Source: a virus
Virus record (IMG/VR): IMGVR_UViG_3300025093_000009
Coordinates: 52,158 to 116,157 of that record
Length of the DNA: 64,000 bases
Reading direction: 5' to 3' (one strand)
Shown: positions 33,201 through 40,849 of the stretch, in pieces
Position numbering within the stretch: position 1 is the stretch's first letter
How the letters are laid out: the number at the start of each line of letters is the position of its first letter
Position numbers and translations under genes: made by a program
The notes under the pieces: model-generated
What the model saw: the letters and a program-made list of their open reading frames with translations, nothing else
Told to the model about the DNA's origin: nothing
Databases searched by the model: none

Positions 33201-34965
33201 TATTGACTCAGTAGATAACCAAACAGATAGAGAAAAATTACAAGTACTATCTTTATTCAAAAGAATAAATGATATAAGTTCATTTACAAATAATCTTACA
33301 AAGGTTACTTCTTTAACTCAAGGAATGCCTAATTCAGTTCCAGATTTAAGACAGTCAAGAGTACAGTTACAAGATCTATTTAGTCCAAATGCACCTATGG
33401 ATCTTACACCTTTATTGAAAAAAGGAAATAGTTTCTTTAAAACATATTTACAGATATACACACAAATATCAGATGATTTATTACCTGCTACTTTATTAAC
33501 GGTTAGCCCAGGTTTTAATAGTATAATCAATAATGTATACGAGCAGTTAGACACAGATCAAGCTAGTTTTGATTTTGAAACAATGTCTAATGTAGAGATG
33601 GACGTGTTATCTTATTTAACTATAAAAGCATATCAGAAGTATCATACTGAAAGTTCTTCTTTAGCAGCGCCTTTGACAAATGATTTAATTTATCCAGGTC
33701 CTGCAGATCAATCTGATTTATCAATTGTAAAAATCATTAATGATTTAAGAAATCAAGTACAAGAAGAAAACTTCTTCCTTGATTCTTTTGTAGGTGTTCA
33801 ATCAGCTTTTGAAGAAGGAAATAATACTAAGTTAAACTTAGCTTTAGCAGATACATGGAGAAGATTAAATGCTTCATCTAAGATAGACTTACAAACGTCT
33901 TTTGCTAAGCTTTATGGTAATTTAGATACTAGAGCGGGTGCACTATCTATTATACACTACATGATGGTAAAAGATGGTTTACAACTTAAATATGCTTCTT
34001 TACTACAAGCGGTGTCTCCTTTTGTAATAAACAGATATCTAAATGTTATAAATAATGTAGAAGATACACTTAGAAAAGACTCAGGTTTTGAGACCACATT
34101 TGGTATGACTAAAGATGAGTTAATTGATGAATTGGTAGAGGGTTATTCTACATCTAATGTTAATGGTCCTAAGCTTAATACATTTGAAATAGATGCTGGT
34201 TTACCAGAAGGAATGAAATATAGTAGAATAAATAAAGAAGTAACTATAGATCCTGAAATACTAGACATTGAACAAGACTATATCAGAATAGGTGAAACAC
34301 AAGGTACTAGAAAGTTCTATAGAATATTTAAGAAAGGTGAGGATAATGTCTATAGTGAGGTTCCAAGTATGGGTGCAAACCAACAGTATGGTGGTGGATT
34401 TGCTTTTGGTCCTCGTTTGGAATATGAGCAACTAAGAAATCTAAAAATGACTGCTGATGAAGTAGCAGATCAACCAGTTCCTAATCAAACACCAGAGCAA
34501 ACAAATATGACAGAGGCTATGAGATCTCCTGGTGCTATAATTACAGCTACTGAAAAGTCAGTTGAAGTTCAAAATAATATTGAAGACTCCCCTGTTCCAA
34601 TAGGTGATACAGAAAAGATGCTAGCTGACTTGTCTGCTAATCAGATTAGTATTAAATTTGATGAGACAGAGAATGCTGTTATGGAAGACGTTGATATGGC
34701 TATGCCAGAGCAAACAGAAGAACAGCAAATTGAATCTGATAATCTTAAGAAAGATTTAGATGAGTCTCAAACTATAGCTGAGACACCTGAATTAGATGTA
34801 TGGTGGGATGCTAATGTAGAGAATAACTCAGAAGCAAAAGCTAAGCTAGCCAAAGAAGGAATTAGAAGTTTAGATGATGCTAGAAACTTTTTAGAAACTG
34901 ATTTATTTAGTGGTACTCAAGAAGGAGAAAGAAATTTAATTGAAAGACTTAAGTGTCTCATATAA
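21262..34965 (+). CDS. giant virion-packaged DNA-dependent RNA polymerase (crAss/phi14:2 gp66-like) with zincin domain
   Basis: 4567 aa. Catalytic 'GADFDIDK' (DFDID at 32125-32139) preceded by 'RIPSQDKHS'. Zincin 'HEAFH...EEYMADEF' (HEAFH at 27634-27648). Hydrophobic G/A-rich N-terminal segments. Confidence 0.9.
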   Translation: MENQSKTPLNSAIEQSQRPAPQSIIPEGQFKFTPIEEMFETPEEINTKNVLADPDFYAGLNAAKPMIDKYGINAMASLGVAPSYSSDTFNPTDQEKPLDIYDVAGNMKAAMTLTPKSQAEVPVSPTFSGARQTQFMRYYEHPEFDDLGYSPTSSMENYYNANSTIWDDFTRMRSQWWSVAAGGFASVYNSYGSLFSGNYLEPDLDGASDYADAMGIMSSSRDGALAFTNNLFANSAYTMGIIGSVAFEELLLAGATYLSGGSAAPVAVARTGFNIAKLGKAIYRIKDIGKYSRTILQQARNLDTARDFWTAAKSGGKVVANGLGNAFTPNSVAAIKSLKTAKNTGQNLSNMAKASVAFGGFYRDIQMVNLAMAEAKLESGMVYNDVMAQGMNDLSAQKGGKALTEEEVARIQRSADKAQFYTLMANAPLIYASNWFVLGTAFRGFKGAIAKSLGNTFASGVQKGIVNTAGKKAVDSAGKKILSPFKNAGRGWKGFTAKVKAGGWRGLVGSGALASLDYFAANIAEGVQEVGQEAIAAATKGYYGEVIKDPTAGGEALQKEMMLSAMGSQFSEEGLEVFMSGFLMGGLVSLPQKAFFQGVPSIYNYGLFGMGTKAQKEAYAEHKANREEFINNLVEVYNKAWDNQAIDPTEMLDPNKMNFNIQKQVAENMKQNVYSKDLFGFIDQKDFAKFQQYYTIFAGGKASAFRNQIEAFQKLSDEELSEAFPELTKDEIKSGKARERMQDTLDRMDKAEKMFFEVEEKFPNPFDKKKFNRKTQPREYEQEAYRQAAYEHAKYLYMFTNSTFVRATERANDLFSRLESEPLFDGMAAKDLTVLLDVDSIDREITLLTAEIAATKGADQGIGETNKVKAEKIKRLQAFKKFVSDPKFTKKDGSFDRRRMNALRREFRNYVRYMASTSGAFVSEDAMNEALDMIVDYGALKGRQKTYYKALEYLGNPERIAEISDRQYQVNKELGDRRAELVREAAEQYTDIIEANELVNQLGKLGIYPDLVQVSAFLKTGNADYLTDFYDDYGYVDPKNNKARYDQIERLLNAYKETRREKQTEQAEKTEEDIASEAAEETRTALDQILDDAGLPPIDIDSSRITPMLDEILRNQYRKYAAQQALLDGEPLSPEEWNNSKQAKNIKATFIAMKKVWAAGPMTADPNGNVMYNKPVEKQFLETDEGFAEFLSSPDRLAQTPILTTVLNQSDLTLNDFVELEDIDVTEGEAFQGNQAQTVYKEGQTANVIEYTIIDPQTDAVTKQYRILDKKGNELSKEQIEFLDSNYGSVFGTFLDASRAKEALVMGLDANVPDSAPFAFDGVTDLHQGMQVMKDGIKYIILSTPKQAAKGVLRIIDVTKKNGTKKEKDKATVKVYPGQFNGSYIPIVADFSLLSDNVSRIKSQDLFTMYPHVTYGGVTDLDERRAILAQAKESFNYIMTQLSPKQMESLELVVMLDPKGGTLTQDQLAVEDIAGNKYGESNPLIKRYRSKYYIGIRLGSEDLRQELLNNWPEDITPSISSDGIFGYINTDAYSIFDQETRQEIDPRNMNSRQASNTVLPIKSNELTKDEKLEAVRKAFTLNALISQTFDSYDFTDGPLYFQNGTLPFTISLDVKGGRVVFDKKDKKLDALAYNTADDAGNIFVFNLRANPEVAGTRTLDYNTTAQGDERVKLFDDIIAGLDLQNQANILSGPDRYVAIVKLPNGKYAKVNLKPTSLTEEERNALFVKVVDKAITVGKITDEAKATEEAYDFNNKIDLEDLFISSVPGNHIELKVGKDGSIFFSLDNKQLEETINIGLTPEEVNSTDTQQEKLETLISKFNEDARVKAAKAVLKPKNFRRTFSNEAKVETIVENSTTQVDPKVITGQTIIVGASSEALQSAGNVPFIPRSKRQKVESQEEVENSKRPETAEEAEESVLDQSDAEFNDNLSNDFADNQESIDHLINKILRGEELSPREEEMMNNSVIANSVNFKVATLGGPGSMSTSTETPKKETKLDEVKRDIENLERELTEGLSGKEKYKALDESKEYQRLLKLRKSLESGANKLVGATTEVQRVEDYNEFLDWASANLPDNFSIEDLTTIADNGVNAGYQRVGAFVLNLNRIAGGITVDGVIYTSATSPFKYHEAFHGVFRMLLSQEDINKYRRIAKREVKAKYGNKYKETLERFRNSAEKYQGMTQEQLENEFAEEYMADEFEKFKMNPKSSKTDADVKNLFTRIIEFIKAVFSRYTTNELQTLFENIDSGKYRDANPQTNEFTTLDDSLSGNMSIANALIRYDSKQETRTGNDVGYLYLDTDIADTIVRSMAAMFVKQVQDLKLLGEDQFSPQSMMDDLLLEFRLLYDTSSIHNAGIQGPKREVLQTIEDAFKTYPEDIKKEVLALVNIIADMPANKELRIDETEDTLGLRSVSEFDKEASMIGGFNSLSFKLRSYIATTTMAETDYFGNKTLANGQELIVPVKFNEVYNGLLKAVKNTESHVDMLKRAYSFSRLNPQMKAVVDRLLNDVGVTPEELSSDAPLANVKDGALLQSILKGFQNSRLDYIFVERDSSGGILIYKATDRDNVNSQLDQWSQAYINRRKLYTSDPNRKIRLVDLVKSIQEDMDSDTGSFVDMQAKSKNYTERLFDLTGLRISPLYMLYTLGQTIPAANRDPQTQILIDGFSEQSPMSYTLLTELNQAFQQNRNIFSKSQAGLSSRLATLAVQNAAFDESVGATSFVNPNNDLVFAHQLPTLHTRAIQSLNNEETIKNLEADDFLKNNYLLNNEAFRNLSKEQKLQVIRLAGSKIKDKILEDGSETNEDLLNSSLKPNKATQAFGEFTPQEFALELINLYTAEFNTRSGVVSSVEGLGKTQVGLSPTFIRVMEASNTGDLVTLPIIKAVTMKGDKVELTPQLINVFYSSIENEYLRIAREARRLSVFENTGVDPEGLSNIQGYNDSREGRAFSFFNNGNVFDGATQDALVEEAFRSVESDNPALTLNQALKGAGKTPASVRADIKRNLKQAFKDFDAMLNEMQIKDLLSEQVKSGLTIAQGVQRSEVTISEARLNLNSNMNHNLQQIFFNNWVNSRSINELILGDQAVSLKGMVDKVKRAKLNNAAYYSAYSEVTDNNLGIFHPSKSFNMFAFSEPQASSTITGNSIDRADAQAYITAKGSRYTMFGFGRLSPAMAEMYDTIDVGNEVTGDRIFGQNTESYSLAKNQDLINSKKYVYMDGQTAVKMSVTVLTKEYTSTQQDGVWVPKPNMEELHYLREQMEQAEADSETFSMAAPESALKMMKQNVNTLTPESTFDTNSDLEYTTLNTQFLGLQVINPSNKLVITDPSQIKSLITSEHLLKDENGKDIKVTIFGQSLPISKVIDAYNTAVSERVMLNYKNKRNLVFTFDAAQDEFSLSKAKGSITPNLAAFLDYAVAGLKASGASSNLLEFFSTEDGQQKYNLNNPITAAKFQQLFLTYFSRGVFKESSPGLSLSLVSDFGHKIYRRVYEVEIVDGVTIPVRSEVIRERNWKGTKDDLTDLQELTSNNIPSEGIVVLDDLRVGVMEYTDPKDPSTATGQRYSESITSPHNSEVLELIANSDRAIPDVVAKMFAVRIPSQDKHSAMATRIVDFLPAYYGSSAMFPKELVEISGADFDIDKVYTVTKEYYVKDGEFIEYTDSYEDYVRYVNNKVNETGTTLSEAARLYKDDVLAAKLDNSITETELNIVTDKEAGDKRISEDGWKAMLTLGLPITEAQYNDYVKNNGVPFEAPLNNRVVDTRYALVSHPGMTELVKDKNANDKRNTPIAYQAADLEVLETALSELVEMEGVQLFKDRVNEGQQDVDNFTGMVRSFEANKGAAIGPIVKINQNLNLLTEYKISLNRPISIDGKPYQSYSVDYIGNDRKQDIVSALITAMTDNAKERLARKLGLNPSSIGAVGNMIALGIPLETSLMLINQAEIRDIYTQAFNKKDKFEPGVKKLLNIKIAKLLNSLEESEKKKPVRLTRELFAKGIDSVDNQTDREKLQVLSLFKRINDISSFTNNLTKVTSLTQGMPNSVPDLRQSRVQLQDLFSPNAPMDLTPLLKKGNSFFKTYLQIYTQISDDLLPATLLTVSPGFNSIINNVYEQLDTDQASFDFETMSNVEMDVLSYLTIKAYQKYHTESSSLAAPLTNDLIYPGPADQSDLSIVKIINDLRNQVQEENFFLDSFVGVQSAFEEGNNTKLNLALADTWRRLNASSKIDLQTSFAKLYGNLDTRAGALSIIHYMMVKDGLQLKYASLLQAVSPFVINRYLNVINNVEDTLRKDSGFETTFGMTKDELIDELVEGYSTSNVNGPKLNTFEIDAGLPEGMKYSRINKEVTIDPEILDIEQDYIRIGETQGTRKFYRIFKKGEDNVYSEVPSMGANQQYGGGFAFGPRLEYEQLRNLKMTADEVADQPVPNQTPEQTNMTEAMRSPGAIITATEKSVEVQNNIEDSPVPIGDTEKMLADLSANQISIKFDETENAVMEDVDMAMPEQTEEQQIESDNLKKDLDESQTIAETPELDVWWDANVENNSEAKAKLAKEGIRSLDDARNFLETDLFSGTQEGERNLIERLKCLI

Positions 34966-34976
34966 AAGAATAAAAT

Positions 34977-37900
34977 ATGGCAACTTGTTATAACGTAAAT
35001 GATCCAGCATATATAGCACTAAAAGAGTTTTATGGTACAGACCTTAAGACTTCTGTTGTTATAGATAGATGGCAGCGTGCAAATAATTCAGATGCTTTTC
35101 CTAGTCTTGTCTCAGCAAAAGAAATGACTAGACAAGAAGAGATTAGATTTAATTTAAAGCAAAAAGAATTTGGTGAGGCAACGTTAGATAACATTAGAGA
35201 CAAAAGAATAGGTAGCCGTATTGGTGGTCAGTTTTATATTAATAACTCTAACCCACAAACCATGGCTTATCAGGAAAGCTTTTTAGAGAATAATTTAAAA
35301 AGATTTTACAGGTACCTAGAGATAAATAATATACCACAAGATGCATTTACTGTAACAAGAACACCAAAGTCATACAGGGTGGATGTTAACCCAGGTATGT
35401 TTACAGCAACAGATATTATAGAAAAATCTAGATCATGGGATATGCCTAGATCCAGACAGGTTGTTATGCACCTTAAAAGGTTATTTCCACAGATTAATGT
35501 GAAGCTACTATCTGTAACAGAAGCACGTGCTCTTTATGCACAAATACCAAACTGGAGAAAGACTGATGTACCTTTTACTGAGGTGAATTCTTTTTACTAT
35601 AATGGTGTTGCCTATCTTATAAAAGGTAGAGTTACAGATGAAATTGCTATTGAAGAAATGTTGCATCCGTTTATTGATGCAATAAAAGTAGAAAACGAAG
35701 AGCTGTTTAATAATTTATTAGATGAAGCAAAAAAGAATTTTCCTGAGTTAACTCAGCAAATTGAGCAAGCATATAATAAAAAGAGAAGCTTTAGTGAAAC
35801 TGCAAGGGATCTTGAAATTGTAACACAAGCATTAACAAGACACTTCAAAAAAGAGTATGAAACACAACCAACCAAATCATTTTTAGATGTCATTAAAAAG
35901 GCACTTGAATGGTTTATGGGTATTATAGATAACTTTAATAAATATCTTACAGGAAGACCATTAGAGGTTAGTGACATCAAAGCGGATACAAACTTCTCTG
36001 ACATAGCTAAATTACTAAACACAGAGGGTATTCAATTTAAATTAAATAAAAGAGTTGACGGTGCCGTTAGATATAACCTTACACCAAAGAAAGCAAAACA
36101 AGTTAAAGATGCAATAGCAAGAGCACCAAAGGGTTCAAAGCAAAGAGCCACTATAGAATCTATGTTTAATGTTGCACAAGAAACAACAGATGAAGTAGAT
36201 TCATTATCTGCAAGTGCTAAAGAAGGTGGTAGTATTGTTGTGTTAGATGAGAAGACACACACTTATCAAAATATCACTGATAAAAAAACATATGCGTCTG
36301 TTACTACTGTAATCAAAGGGACAATGAGCCCTGAAAGACAAAAAGAAGTAGCAATAAATTTAGAGATAGGTAATGCAGTTGATCAATTATTAGATAGTGA
36401 AATTGCAGGTTTAACATTTGAAGAAGCTTATGAAGCACTTGACACAGACCTTATAAGCAAAGAGGTTGCTGAAAAAGTGTATAATGATCTTTCTAGTACA
36501 ATGGAGAACATGAGAAGAAAGGATAGTATTATTCTTTCTCAGGTAGTTTTATTTGATGAGAAATCTGGTATTGCAGGTACTGCAGATATTGTAATTGTTG
36601 ACCGCCATGGTGTGATTAAAATTATGGATCTTAAGACTACTAAGAACTCTTTAAGTAAAATGGTAAAGAGTCAAGATGGTAGAGGTCTAGTTAGACAATA
36701 TGATGTAGCATATCCACTTGCAGATGACAGCGTTTTAAAACAAAAAGGTTTAAGAACAGAGCTTTCTACAGCAGGACAACATAATCTACAGGTCAACCTT
36801 TATAGAAGGATGGCAGAAAATATGGGTTATGAAGTAGACTACTATGATGAATGGGGTGCTGCCACAATACACTATAATGTTGGAATAGAAGGAAAAGGTG
36901 TTGATCAAACTTTCAATGGAGAAATTGCTTTTGATAGATTTGTACCACATCCACCCAGCATGTTTCAGGATATTATAGATGAACTTATTCCACCTAATAG
37001 AAATTCTGCAAATAGAAGAAGATTAGATGAGGAGTCTAAAGATGATCCTAATGCTGTTTGGAATGGTAAAGATTATCAAGACACTACAACTGAATCTGAT
37101 AAAGAAGACGCTAAAGATTATACAGAATATAATATAGCTGCGGGTATGCTTAATGATTATCAGAGAGCATTAATTAGTAGAAGAGAAGCAATTGAAACTC
37201 TTAAGAAGCCTGTGTTTTCTTTATTAAGTAAGGATAAAGAAATAGAGCAAATATCTAAAACAATAGCATATATAAGTATTGCTATGAGTCAAGGGCCACA
37301 AGGTCAAAGTGTAGCTTTAGCAGAATTGTTACAGGATGCACTTAAACAAATAAGGCAGTTTAAAGAATATATAGAAGATCCTAAAAATGTTGATGATCCT
37401 AACTATATAACATATTTGTTAGGTTTTGATAGGTTTAAAACAACGTTTGAAGGATTGCATAGTCTTAAATCTTTTGAAGGATTAAACAGTACACAAGTAA
37501 GTTTAATTGCTACTATTCAAGCTAACTTAAATCAACTTGGTGGTACAAAAAGTTCACCAGGTATAGTAGATCAGCAGATTGATTACTTTGTAATGGAAAT
37601 GATTAAAAAGTATTCTAAAAATGATTTTGGTGGAGAAGGTAGTTATTTTACTGAGCAAGATCTAAAAGACATTATGAAAAGGGTGCCTGATATTTCTGAT
37701 ACAGAATATCAAACAAAAGATATGGCAACGTCTCCAGATCTTTTACTTGCAACAATGGATAAGATACGTAAATATCAAAAGCAGGTTTTATTAGATAAGA
37801 TTGCTGATAGAGAAAGAATGATTAGAACAACAGCTCAAAGGCTGTTAAAACTTGATCCTGGTACAAAAAAGGAAGATCTATTTAATTTTATGTTGACTTT

Positions 37901-40754
37901 TGATGAAGACGGTCAATTTTCAGGCAACTATGTTAAGAAGATAGGTAAACAATATTGGGATAAGCAATTTGAATTACGTGCTGTATTGTATGATAATGAA
38001 GGAAACCCTTATGAATATAGAGAAGTATTTGATGAAGCAACTGCATCTGCAGAAGACTTAGCTTATAATCAAGATCTTGCAAATAAAAGAAGAGCATATA
38101 GCAACTTCTTTAGAGCTGAGACAAAGGATGAAAACGGTAAACTTGTTGATGGTGAATATCATAGGTATACTGAAGATTTTAAAAGAGCTAGGGAAAAGTT
38201 TGAATTTTGGTCACCAGGCTCTGAAGCAAATGAGCATGGTTATTGGCAAGTAAAACCAGGAGTTTCACCTGCTGCTTATGCTGCTTATGAAGCTAAATAT
38301 TATGACCGCATAAATTATACTAAAGCTATAAGAGTTGGTGGTCAACCAACAGGTGCAATTGAAAAAGATTCAAACTTTATGGCTGTGAAGCCTGAATATA
38401 GACAGACTAGAGAGATGTCATCTAAAGGAGAAGACATGACAAGCGAACAGTATAGAGCTATAATGAATGATACATCTGCTTTAGGTGTAGCAAGAAAAGA
38501 CTTCTATGAAATGTTTGTTGACATGTATGAGAATGACCTACTCAAGAAACTACCTATTGGCGTTTCAGCACAAATGACAGGTAGAGTTCCATTAGTTAGA
38601 GCTAAATTCTTAAATGAGCTACAAAAGAAAGATGGTGTTTGGAATAAACTATATGGTAGTATAGCTAGTAGTAGGGCTATGAATACATTTAAGAAAACAT
38701 CTACAGTAAAGAATGTTCTATTAGATGAACAAGGATACATTGTTGACCAAATGCCTGTGTTCTATACAGGGTCTCCAAGAGCAGATGGTCAGATGGCCGA
38801 ACTACAAAAAGAAATAGATTATGTAAAGTCTCAATGGAAGAAAGGTGCAATTAAAACAAAAGAGGAGTATGACACAAAGATAAAAGATCTAAACGGAAGA
38901 ATGCTACGTTTAGAGTCATCACCTACAAGAGGAGAGATTAGTAAAGATATGGCTAGTAGTCTTCTTAAGTTTAGTGCTATGGCAGAAAACTATGAGACAA
39001 TGGGTGCTGTAGATGATACATTGGAAGCCTTTGTTAAAGTTATAGAAAATAGAACATATGATCCACCGGTAGGTACAGGTTTAAGTCTTATGGGTAAGAT
39101 CAAAGATGGAGTTAGACGAAAGGTTGGTAGAAAAGGAAACAAATCTACTCAAGATGCTAATGTTGTAAGAAGAGCTAAAAAGTTTATGTCTATGATTCAT
39201 TATGATAATGAACTAGTGACTAAAGGAGCTATGGATAAAATAGCAGATGGTCTTATACAATTGTCTTCTTTATCATATGTAGCATTTAACCCATTTGGTA
39301 ACTTTAATAACTACTTGATTGGTAGACTTAATAATAATATTGAAGCTATTGGTGGTAGATTTTATACGCAAAAGAGTTTCAGAAGAGCTACATGGGAGTT
39401 TAATAAAAGAGCAATACCTTCTTTAGTAGAGAGAACATCTTATGGAGGAGCAGAAGACTTACTTGATGTTGCAACCTTTGGTGTAATCCCTGGTCTAGGT
39501 AAATCTGATTATGATCCTAAAAAACCTAATAACAAATATGAAGCTTTTGTAGATGGTTTAAGAATGATGGACCCAATGACTGACATCCGTGAACAATCAT
39601 CAGCTACTTCTGATGGTAAAAGTTGGTTTGCTAGAGCATCTGAATGGGGTTATGTTATGCAGGATGCTGCGGAATACAACTCACAAACTAAAGTTGGTAC
39701 GGCCATTTTAATAGATACTATGATTATTAATGAAGAGACTGGTGAAACAATATCTTACTATGATGCATTTCAATATGATGCTGCTACTCATTCAAATAAA
39801 TTAAGACCAGACTTTAGTCAAGAAACATATGGTGATAAGATTAAGATTAAGTATTTCAGAGGTAGAACAGAAACTTATTCAAGAAAAGCTGATTATGAGT
39901 TAAGACAAACAATCCGTGAAGTCAACAAACAAATTCATGGTAACTATGCTAAAGAAGATAGAGTTGTATTACAGAGTCATACTCTTGGTAATCTAGCAAT
40001 ACAATTTAAGAAGTGGGTTGCTCCAGCAATTAGAGCAAGATATCAAAGAGAATACTTTGACCAAAACCTTGGTTGGATGGAAGGTAGATATAGATCTGCC
40101 CTAAGCTTTTTGAACTATGCCAAAAGAGAATTGATGAGAGGTAACATGGCGTTTAGAGAGTACGGTAAAGGATTCTTAGATGCTCAAGTTAATGCCTATA
40201 GTATGGAGAAGTTTGGTACATCAAGAAGTTTTGGAGAAGGAGGTAATATGGATCAACGAGCAGAAAATAAACTGTTTGGTTTCTATAGAACCATGGGAGA
40301 CTTAACTATTATGTTTAGTACATTGTTTACTACAATGCTATTTGATATGATTATTACTGATGATGATGATGATAGTGACTTTGAGAAGAGAATGAAAAAC
40401 TTTACAAGATATACTGCTCAGAGAGCTTATAAAGAAATTGTAGTATTCATGCCTTCACCTGAAGGGTTTAATCAAGTTGATCAAATGTTAAACTCTCCAA
40501 TTGCAGCAATGAGATCTGTAACTGAAATGGCAGAGTTCTTAGAAATGTTTATTATAGGTAATTTAAGATATACATATTCTAAGGTAAGTGGTAATGAAGA
40601 AAAATTCTTAGCAAACTCAGATTATGTTTATCAAAGAGGTGATAAAAAAGGTGAGTTTAAAGTTTGGAAGAACTTCAAAGATGTATTCCCTATAGTTTAT
40701 TCAATTCAAAAGTGGAATTCTTACTTAGAAAATGATGACTTCTATATTAAATAA
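34977..40754 (+). CDS. large virion/ejection protein with PD-(D/E)xK nuclease domain
   Basis: 1925 aa. 'GIAGTADIVIVD...IMDLKT' and 'QVNLY' form a RecB-like nuclease signature. Degenerate zincin 'IEEMLHPF'. C-terminal hydrophobic helix. Confidence 0.7.
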   Translation: MATCYNVNDPAYIALKEFYGTDLKTSVVIDRWQRANNSDAFPSLVSAKEMTRQEEIRFNLKQKEFGEATLDNIRDKRIGSRIGGQFYINNSNPQTMAYQESFLENNLKRFYRYLEINNIPQDAFTVTRTPKSYRVDVNPGMFTATDIIEKSRSWDMPRSRQVVMHLKRLFPQINVKLLSVTEARALYAQIPNWRKTDVPFTEVNSFYYNGVAYLIKGRVTDEIAIEEMLHPFIDAIKVENEELFNNLLDEAKKNFPELTQQIEQAYNKKRSFSETARDLEIVTQALTRHFKKEYETQPTKSFLDVIKKALEWFMGIIDNFNKYLTGRPLEVSDIKADTNFSDIAKLLNTEGIQFKLNKRVDGAVRYNLTPKKAKQVKDAIARAPKGSKQRATIESMFNVAQETTDEVDSLSASAKEGGSIVVLDEKTHTYQNITDKKTYASVTTVIKGTMSPERQKEVAINLEIGNAVDQLLDSEIAGLTFEEAYEALDTDLISKEVAEKVYNDLSSTMENMRRKDSIILSQVVLFDEKSGIAGTADIVIVDRHGVIKIMDLKTTKNSLSKMVKSQDGRGLVRQYDVAYPLADDSVLKQKGLRTELSTAGQHNLQVNLYRRMAENMGYEVDYYDEWGAATIHYNVGIEGKGVDQTFNGEIAFDRFVPHPPSMFQDIIDELIPPNRNSANRRRLDEESKDDPNAVWNGKDYQDTTTESDKEDAKDYTEYNIAAGMLNDYQRALISRREAIETLKKPVFSLLSKDKEIEQISKTIAYISIAMSQGPQGQSVALAELLQDALKQIRQFKEYIEDPKNVDDPNYITYLLGFDRFKTTFEGLHSLKSFEGLNSTQVSLIATIQANLNQLGGTKSSPGIVDQQIDYFVMEMIKKYSKNDFGGEGSYFTEQDLKDIMKRVPDISDTEYQTKDMATSPDLLLATMDKIRKYQKQVLLDKIADRERMIRTTAQRLLKLDPGTKKEDLFNFMLTFDEDGQFSGNYVKKIGKQYWDKQFELRAVLYDNEGNPYEYREVFDEATASAEDLAYNQDLANKRRAYSNFFRAETKDENGKLVDGEYHRYTEDFKRAREKFEFWSPGSEANEHGYWQVKPGVSPAAYAAYEAKYYDRINYTKAIRVGGQPTGAIEKDSNFMAVKPEYRQTREMSSKGEDMTSEQYRAIMNDTSALGVARKDFYEMFVDMYENDLLKKLPIGVSAQMTGRVPLVRAKFLNELQKKDGVWNKLYGSIASSRAMNTFKKTSTVKNVLLDEQGYIVDQMPVFYTGSPRADGQMAELQKEIDYVKSQWKKGAIKTKEEYDTKIKDLNGRMLRLESSPTRGEISKDMASSLLKFSAMAENYETMGAVDDTLEAFVKVIENRTYDPPVGTGLSLMGKIKDGVRRKVGRKGNKSTQDANVVRRAKKFMSMIHYDNELVTKGAMDKIADGLIQLSSLSYVAFNPFGNFNNYLIGRLNNNIEAIGGRFYTQKSFRRATWEFNKRAIPSLVERTSYGGAEDLLDVATFGVIPGLGKSDYDPKKPNNKYEAFVDGLRMMDPMTDIREQSSATSDGKSWFARASEWGYVMQDAAEYNSQTKVGTAILIDTMIINEETGETISYYDAFQYDAATHSNKLRPDFSQETYGDKIKIKYFRGRTETYSRKADYELRQTIREVNKQIHGNYAKEDRVVLQSHTLGNLAIQFKKWVAPAIRARYQREYFDQNLGWMEGRYRSALSFLNYAKRELMRGNMAFREYGKGFLDAQVNAYSMEKFGTSRSFGEGGNMDQRAENKLFGFYRTMGDLTIMFSTLFTTMLFDMIITDDDDDSDFEKRMKNFTRYTAQRAYKEIVVFMPSPEGFNQVDQMLNSPIAAMRSVTEMAEFLEMFIIGNLRYTYSKVSGNEEKFLANSDYVYQRGDKKGEFKVWKNFKDVFPIVYSIQKWNSYLENDDFYIK

Positions 40755-40849
40755 GACAAATTTACAGGTGTAATTCTTTTCTGTTTAAATAAGAATAGTT
40801 ATATTATAGTATAAACCAACAGTAATAGACTATAACTTAAAATTTAAAT

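Noticed and set aside
40358-40380. (GAT)n microsatellite as a phase-variation tract
   Set aside because: It is an in-frame trinucleotide run encoding poly-Asp after a TM helix, and slippage would not shift the frame.
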